A DNA stretch of 64,000 nucleotides from Acanthaster planci (Eukaryota), in contig NW_019091361.1 of assembly GCF_001949145.1 (NCBI RefSeq), positions 434,001 to 498,000 on the forward strand, written 5' to 3'. Positions 58,001 through 64,000 of the stretch are shown piece after piece (positions within the stretch are counted from its first letter, which is position 1; every line of letters begins with the position of its first letter). A program made the position numbers and the translations under genes. Below the pieces are notes generated by a model that did not search any database, was not told the DNA's origin, and worked only from the letters and a program-made list of their open reading frames with translations.

Positions 58001-61000
58001 ACTGACTCGTAGTAGAAGTAGACAGAAACTTGACACAGCAGAAAGGCACACTCCAGTGAGGAGGGGCAAATACATGAACAGTGTAGTGTCTCTGCTGGTC
58101 TTCTCTCCAACATAGGGGTACATGTACATGTAAGTGTGGTCAGAGCTACTAGGGGATCAAGTTACATGGGTAGAAGCAAGGGCCCAAGTACATGTAAATA
58201 AACAGGGGGATACACTAACAGAAATAACAGGGGAACTCTTCAACAAAAACTATATTTTTAGAGGGGAACTACTCCTATGGTCCCTGATGGTAATCCGTTC
58301 GGGCAGAATGCCACAAACAGTGGTATAATCTTTCAAAACAATGTCCTCCGCTATTGACAACTGAAAAAATGTGATTAATTCCCAGCAGCTCAGTCTTTTG
58401 TTCGGAGTACGGTCTTTTGTTTCAAGGTCCAGTTCTTTTGTCCAGATTCGGGCTCCCCTGGCTTCATGTATAAAGCCTATGTGCCTGCAACTGGTCAAAT
58501 CCTACTGGTCAAATGGTTAACAGTTGCTACCGGAATGGTACCAGTACATGTACATTGTTTCTTTATTGCATTGCTAGGAGTGAAGCACATAACCTTCGGT
58601 GCGCACCTTTCAGACATATGAACAAGCAGTTACGCAAAATTGTTCCAACTTATAGTTTCTGTAAAATTTCTCAAGTCATCTTAAATCAAGTTTCAGTTTT
58701 TACAAGTCTACAGTTTTAAACTTTTTAACACCTTCCTGTGTAAAAAACAATTCTTGTAATTCCTGACCCTAGAACTGGTCTGCTTGCTGGAATGAAAACT
58801 TATGACAGAGGATTGCTTTCAAATGTTTGCTGGTTTTCTCGTTTTCTCTCTAGCGCAAACAGTTCTGCCTCTCTGTACGTGTACAGTGTACCATCCCTGC
58901 TGTCAAAACTCATCATGTTGCATTAATTATGCCAAAATAACTGGAGCTGATTGAGCATTTGAACTTTGTTCGCTTTAGGAGAAGTGTTTCTTTGTGTAAT
59001 TTGAATCAGTGTAACTTTGATGTTCTTCAAATTGAATGAAATAGTATACGTGTACATGTAACACTACGTTTGCACCAGCTTCCTAGAATTTGGGAAGAGG
59101 TGTAAAGTGACTGAAGTCCAACTTCTAGAAAACTTCATGCCACACCTCCCGGTACGAATAGTTGGACACATGTACGTTGTGTAGCTTTAAATGAAGATTT
59201 TCTCGTCTGATTTTTACTGAAATCTGAATATCAGAATATATGCATGGTACAGGTACCGGTACATGAAGGCTTTGACCTGACTCGCAAGTTGTTTTATGCT
59301 AAGGTACATTTGAAAGTGTTCTGTAGTGAACAGTGATTGTTAAAATATACTAAGATACATGTAAAACCTGATGCAGTTACCGTATGTACCGGTATATGAT
59401 AAATGCTCGGAACGATAGCCATCAAGACAGGATGATTCACAGAGACATCAGTTTGGACAGTGGTTGCCATAGTAATGGCTCTTACCATCTGAGCTTGTCC
59501 TCTGAATCTCATACGCTGAGTGCTGACAGTTGTTGGTTTCCGTAAGTCATTGAACCCTTTGAATCAAAGGTCATCTTGCCAGGTTTGATTGATGTATTGA
59601 AATGACTTATGTATTACGGTACATTGTATTTTTGCTTGTACCAGATAGTGTTTTTAAATGTACATGTACATTCCCCCTATGAGTACACTGTACATGTACA
59701 TCCCCCCATGAGTACACTGTAGTGGTACATGTACATGTACATTCCCCCCCCTCCCATGAGTACACTGTACTGGTACATGTACATCCCCCCATGAGTATAC
59801 TGTAGTGGTACATGTACATTCCCCCCCCCATGAGTACACTGNNNNNNNNNNNNNNNNNNNNNNNNNTCAAAATAACTGGAGCTGATTGAGCATTTGAACT
59901 TTGTTCGCTTTAGGAGAAGTGTTTCTTTGTGTAATTTGAATCAGTGTAACTTTGATGTTCTTCAAATTGAATGACATAGTACATGTATAGGTGTACATGT
60001 AACACTACGTTTGCACCAGCTTCCTAGAATTTGGGAAGAGGTGTAAAGTGACTGAAGTCCAACTTCTAGAAAACTTCATGCCACACCTCCTGGTACGGAT
60101 AGTTGGACACATGTACGTTGTGTAGCTTTAAATGAAGATTTTCTCATCTGATTTTTACTGAAATCTGAATATCAGAATATATGCATGGTACACACATCTA
60201 CAGGTAGCGGTACGTGAAGGCTTTGACCTGACTCGCAAGTTGCTTTATGCTACGATACATTTGAAAGTGTTCTGTAGTGAACAATGATTGTAAAAATATA
60301 CTAAGATAAAAACCTGATGCAGTTACCATACGTACTGGTATATGATAAATGCTCGGAACGATAGCCATCAAGACAGGATGATTCACAGAGACATCAGTTT
60401 CGACAGTGGTTGCCATAGTAATGGCTCTTACCATCTGAGCTTGTCCTCTGAATCTGATACGCTGAGTGCTGACAGTTGTTGGTTTCCGTAAGTCATTGAA
60501 CCCTTTGAATCAAAGGTCATCTTGCCAGGTTTGATTGATGTATTGAAATAACTTGTGTATTACGGTACATTGTATTTTTGCTTGCACCAGATAGTGTTTT
60601 TTAATGTACATGTACATTCTCCCCTATGAGTAAACTGTACTGGTACATGTACATTCCCCCCATGAGTACACTGCACTGGTACACATGTACATTTACATCC
60701 CCCCATGAGTACACTGTACTGGTACATGTACCAGTACATGTAAATTCCCTCCCCTCCCCCCCAGTACACTGTACTGGTATATGTACATCCCCCCAATGAG
60801 TACACTGTACTGGTACTTGTACATGTACATGTATGTAAATTCCTCCCCCCAGTACACTGTACTGGTACACTGTATTTGATCACTCTACATTTTCAAATGT
60901 ATTGGCATATTCTACTGGTACATAGCAAAATTTTAATTGCAGCAGGCTCTAAATCCATTATTTTGTCTGCGATAGTATAGTATAATGTAATGCACACTAA

Positions 61001-63875
61001 AATAAAGCCAATAATTTTCTCTGAAGGGAAAATGGGTGTATTTATTCCCTCTTTCTACAGTGTGAATCATTTCATAATACAGGTTCATTTTCACACCAGG
61101 TGATCAGAATGTGCAATTTTGAACATTATTTTCTCAGAACATAAGTTTATCTTTTTTGCAGTTGAATAAAAACAGTGAAACCTTTGTACCTGCTTTGTTA
61201 AATGCTGTCCCGAAATTCTAAAAAATGTCAGATAAAATTGACATCCATTGTGTACACTGCAGTGGCTGAGAGTCATTGACCGTGAGTCGTATTCCCGTGG
61301 GGTTGGCAAACACTGAATCATCACTCAACCGTGGACATTATTGATGACTTTTTTCTTCACTGTCATATGTTGGCTTCAAGTTGATGAGAATTTAGACGGT
61401 TGATTGGTCAGTTTACTCTTTTCTCATTGAAGGCCTTTTGACAGTTGCGCACATGGTTTTATACGGTACATGAAGGAGAAATGAATCCATCCATCTTCTC
61501 TGTATGATGTCTTGATCGTGAGAGGCGTTACATGATTGAAGTGCTATGGATTTGTCTGTCTCAGTGGACATTAGACAGAATAAAGAATGTTAATTGTGCT
61601 TCTTGAAACCAATTCTATGCTATTGTGTGGAAGAAATCACGTAAGAAATTAAGTGATACTTAAAGTTCTGGAACTTTTTGACTGTTTACACGTATTTCAG
61701 TTTCCTAAATGTAACATGCAAAGTGGATTTTTGTAAGTACATGTACCCTCATTGCCAAAACAGATTTTGAAATAGAAAAAGAGCCTTGTTGAAATAAAAG
61801 ACTTTTTTTTAACTGAACCAAAATTTTTAGAGGTACGGTACATACATGTTTGCATCATGAACTAATTACATGTACATGTACCTGTAAATACTGTACTAGG
61901 CATGAGAAACTTAGATTTCCCCTCCCTTTCTTCACTGTGTGACCCCTGTTTATTAATGTAAGCCCTGGTGTTTTGATCTGAGTGCTCACTAATTAATTTT
62001 TGGATGACTTTTCCTCTCCAGAGATTCTTTAATAGAGTTTGTAGTGTGAGTTACCATAAAGTGTGTCAGTTCACCAGGTTACGTACAGTATAATAGACAG
62101 TACCAACACCTGAGGAGAAACTCTGTGCATCCATGTACCCAAACATTGATTAATTAATATAAGTATTGATATTTATAACATCTCATAGCCAGCTGACCAA
62201 ATCACATACATGTACATACATGTACATATACATGTACTCCATATAAATTGAGTAAAAATCAATACAAAAATACAGAAACATACATGTACCGGTATACTGT
62301 ACAGTACAATACACCACAAGCAAGTGTCATGTTTGTGATTTGCCACTCTGTGAAATTCAAATGAAGAAGGACCAGTAGAAACTGTTACAGTACCTCAGCA
62401 AGACAGGGCACTCATAATCCATGACCAGGTTCCAACTCACCTGCTCATATACTACTTTGATCATGTTAAGTGGATAAAACTGTGTGGAAAAGAATGGCAT
62501 CCACAGTCAACTTGTTTAATTTAGAATTGTCCAAAAGATAGGGTGTGCAAATTATCATTGCTTTGAGCTACTGTATTATTGATTTACATGTACACATACA
62601 GTACCGTAGTTTATTTCTTTACTTCCTGTACCAATACAGGTGTACCATTACCCACATTACACGACACATGTATGTGTTCTTCTTCTTCACTGTGCAGGAC
62701 CTCTCAAGTGATAGAAATATATCACATTAATTGCCTTCAGAAAATCGTAAAGGAAAAGGTAGATCACAAGTGAAATGTCTCATTATACACATAGTGCAGA
62801 TGAACTTGTATGGGACTTACATATGCCATTACCAGTATATTGCATCCTTTTAGAGTGATCTTTGTACCAGCACTCTGTCATTTGACTCAGTCCCATGGAT
62901 TCCCTGTCAAACCCTTGCCCCTTAGTCCCGGACACCCATCTTGCTTTGCCATGCATCGCTCAGTCACAGGGCATCAAAGAATGCCGACACACTCGCGGGA
63001 AGGATCATAGAATACACTGCCGATGAGCCCAAGGTGGCCTGGCAATAAGACTAATGAATACAAACTGCATAAGGGAATGCTGCTTGCTCCTACATTGTAC
63101 GTGTACCTGCTGACCTACCGATCACGCTATCCTTTATGAGTTTTGCTTGTCTGATTTCCAATGTACCGGTACATGTACATGTACATGTAGTTAAAATCTG
63201 CTTGGCTAGTTGTTCCTACAGCCTCAGCTGGCCCTGCAAATTGCATAGATTAAAAAAAATAAACATATACATGTAAACCAAACATGAATAAATAGATAAA
63301 AAGTGAAAGAGAATTTACAAAAGGTAATACACTGATAGTGTTGGATTTCCCCTTTTTATTCTGAAAATGCATAAATATTAACAAGTACATGTACGTGGTA
63401 ATTAATAGAATCACATCAATATCATGTTTATTCCACATTGTTGATCTCAGTGATTATTGCGTATGGAAAGCATTTCAATATAGATGTGATGATCAGATCT
63501 CATCACAAACATCCAAAAACACAGACACGTACATGTACATGTATACTGGTATGTGCAGTCATACCATGGTGCAATTCAGGCATACAGTTGTTTGTACACG
63601 TACAGTAATTCAACAAAATCGTGATATTCCTGACCAGATTTGAACAAACGTAGGAATGACAAGAGTTGGAATCATGGTTTGCAACCAATAAAAGTATACA
63701 AAGAATAATACTAGAATACATGAATGTTGCTTCAAAATGGTACATGAAACATCATTTAGATATATTAATTTTTGTTTTTCTTTCTCTTCAGGAAATAAAA
63801 AGTTAGCTTTAGATTACTACAAGAGGGGCATCATTGAATTAGAGAATGGTATCGTCATTGACTGTGAGAAGCCAG
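49088..63875 (+). CDS. SPAST: Spastin, exons 1-2 (partial; gene continues beyond the window)
   Basis: Exon 1 49088-49541: MP...SPHRRNLRFASYPLLFIFGLLRFIVFQVWVLL (hydrophobic hairpin), then KQHHKKAFEYLSKALKIDEEEG (start of MIT). Exon 2 63792-63875: GNKKLALDYYKRGIIELENGIVIDCEKP (MIT continuation). Phase-1 GT-AG intron of about 14.2 kb. Confidence 0.92.
50440..50615 (+). mobile_element. tRNA-derived SINE-like fragment
   Basis: ggtaatgacctagtgctggttagg (A-box-like), ggggattcaagtcc (B-box-like), then gggcaaggcactttactcccactgcc. Same type as 884-1000 but in the opposite orientation. Confidence 0.45.
50846..51131. mobile_element. MITE with CAAAGATC...GATCTTTG termini and a perfect 8-bp TSD (P- or hAT-superfamily-like)
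   Basis: gtgtttac|caaagatcgtatagtgccgcg ... cggcgctgtatgatctttg|gtgtttac; GTGTTTAC is duplicated at 50838-50845 and 51132-51139. Confidence 0.85.
54500..57150 (-). mobile_element. Degenerate DNA-transposon-like element with a coding remnant (possibly Sola-like); boundaries approximate
   Basis: Minus-strand remnants VKTFPGTLTTHSV...LLMRNDSCYCSMC and VAAVYNEKWYTGQVLE...VNFM...FFKWPVSSDDRWIP resemble C-termini of invertebrate transposase-like ORFs. The motif GGTAACGTA(A/T)GTT recurs in both orientations near 54705, 55084, 55410, 56565, 56776 and 57114. Confidence 0.45.
55968..56228. repeat. 87-bp tandem triplication (29 codons, frame-preserving)
   Basis: aaatgtcttcacgttggacc starts at 55981, 56068 and 56155. 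Confidence 0.95.
58933..60875. repeat. Two near-identical copies of about 0.95 kb (58933-59841 and 59868-60875) on either side of a 25-N gap, each ending in a GAGTACACTGTAC(TGG)TACATGTACATTCCCCC minisatellite
   Basis: Both copies start caaaataactggagctgattgagc and are collinear up to the minisatellite at 59655-59841 and 60605-60875. Probably uncollapsed alleles. Confidence 0.9.
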
Positions 63876-64000
63876 GTACAGTATGGAAATAGTACATTCT
63901 TTGCAGTAATACATAGTTTGGTCTTTTTGATTCGAGCCAATTAACAGGAGACCTTTTCCTTGAAAGTCCATCCGAAATAAATTCTATACAGGGAACATTT

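Noticed and set aside
59654..60883. Cys/Thr/Tyr-rich ORFs (CTCTTTVYSWG repeats)
   Set aside because: Translations of the TACATG/GTACAC minisatellite inside spastin intron 1.
1..64000. Prokaryotic-type systems, rRNA or intact tRNA genes
   Set aside because: The sequence is spliceosomal-intron eukaryotic DNA. No operons, rRNA or cloverleaf-forming tRNA were seen, only decayed SINE-like heads.

Overview
Eukaryotic, intron-rich and repeat-rich DNA, most likely from a marine invertebrate (inference from gene and repeat content). The draft assembly has N gaps and probably uncollapsed haplotypes. In order, the window holds: (1) two tandem minus-strand RDH11/12/13-like short-chain dehydrogenase genes (1285-5704, 7235-10773), the second partly overwritten by sequence from the first; (2) a repeat-rich interval with a Penelope-like RT fragment and an internally deleted DIRS1 retrotransposon (intact ITRs and ICR) nested in a TA-flanked foldback element; (3) the main finding, a 13-exon plus-strand gene (32203-45866, about 1598 aa) that the ORF track shows only in pieces; (4) the first two exons of spastin (49088-63875) around a 14-kb intron. 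Manual splicing of gene (3) gives a divergent Rel homology domain, IPT domain, a possible Smad-MH1-like segment, a pseudokinase, and a UNC5-like ZU5-UPA-death domain module. Its kappaB-recognition loop is degenerate and it has an HF|C candidate autoproteolysis site. Across the window, short TA-flanked motifs (TACATGTA, TAGGCCTA, TAGGCTA, TACCGGTA, TACGGTA) are abundant; several appear as insertions between duplicated copies and resemble Tc1/mariner-type excision footprints. All domain calls come from motif recognition by eye; no database search was run.
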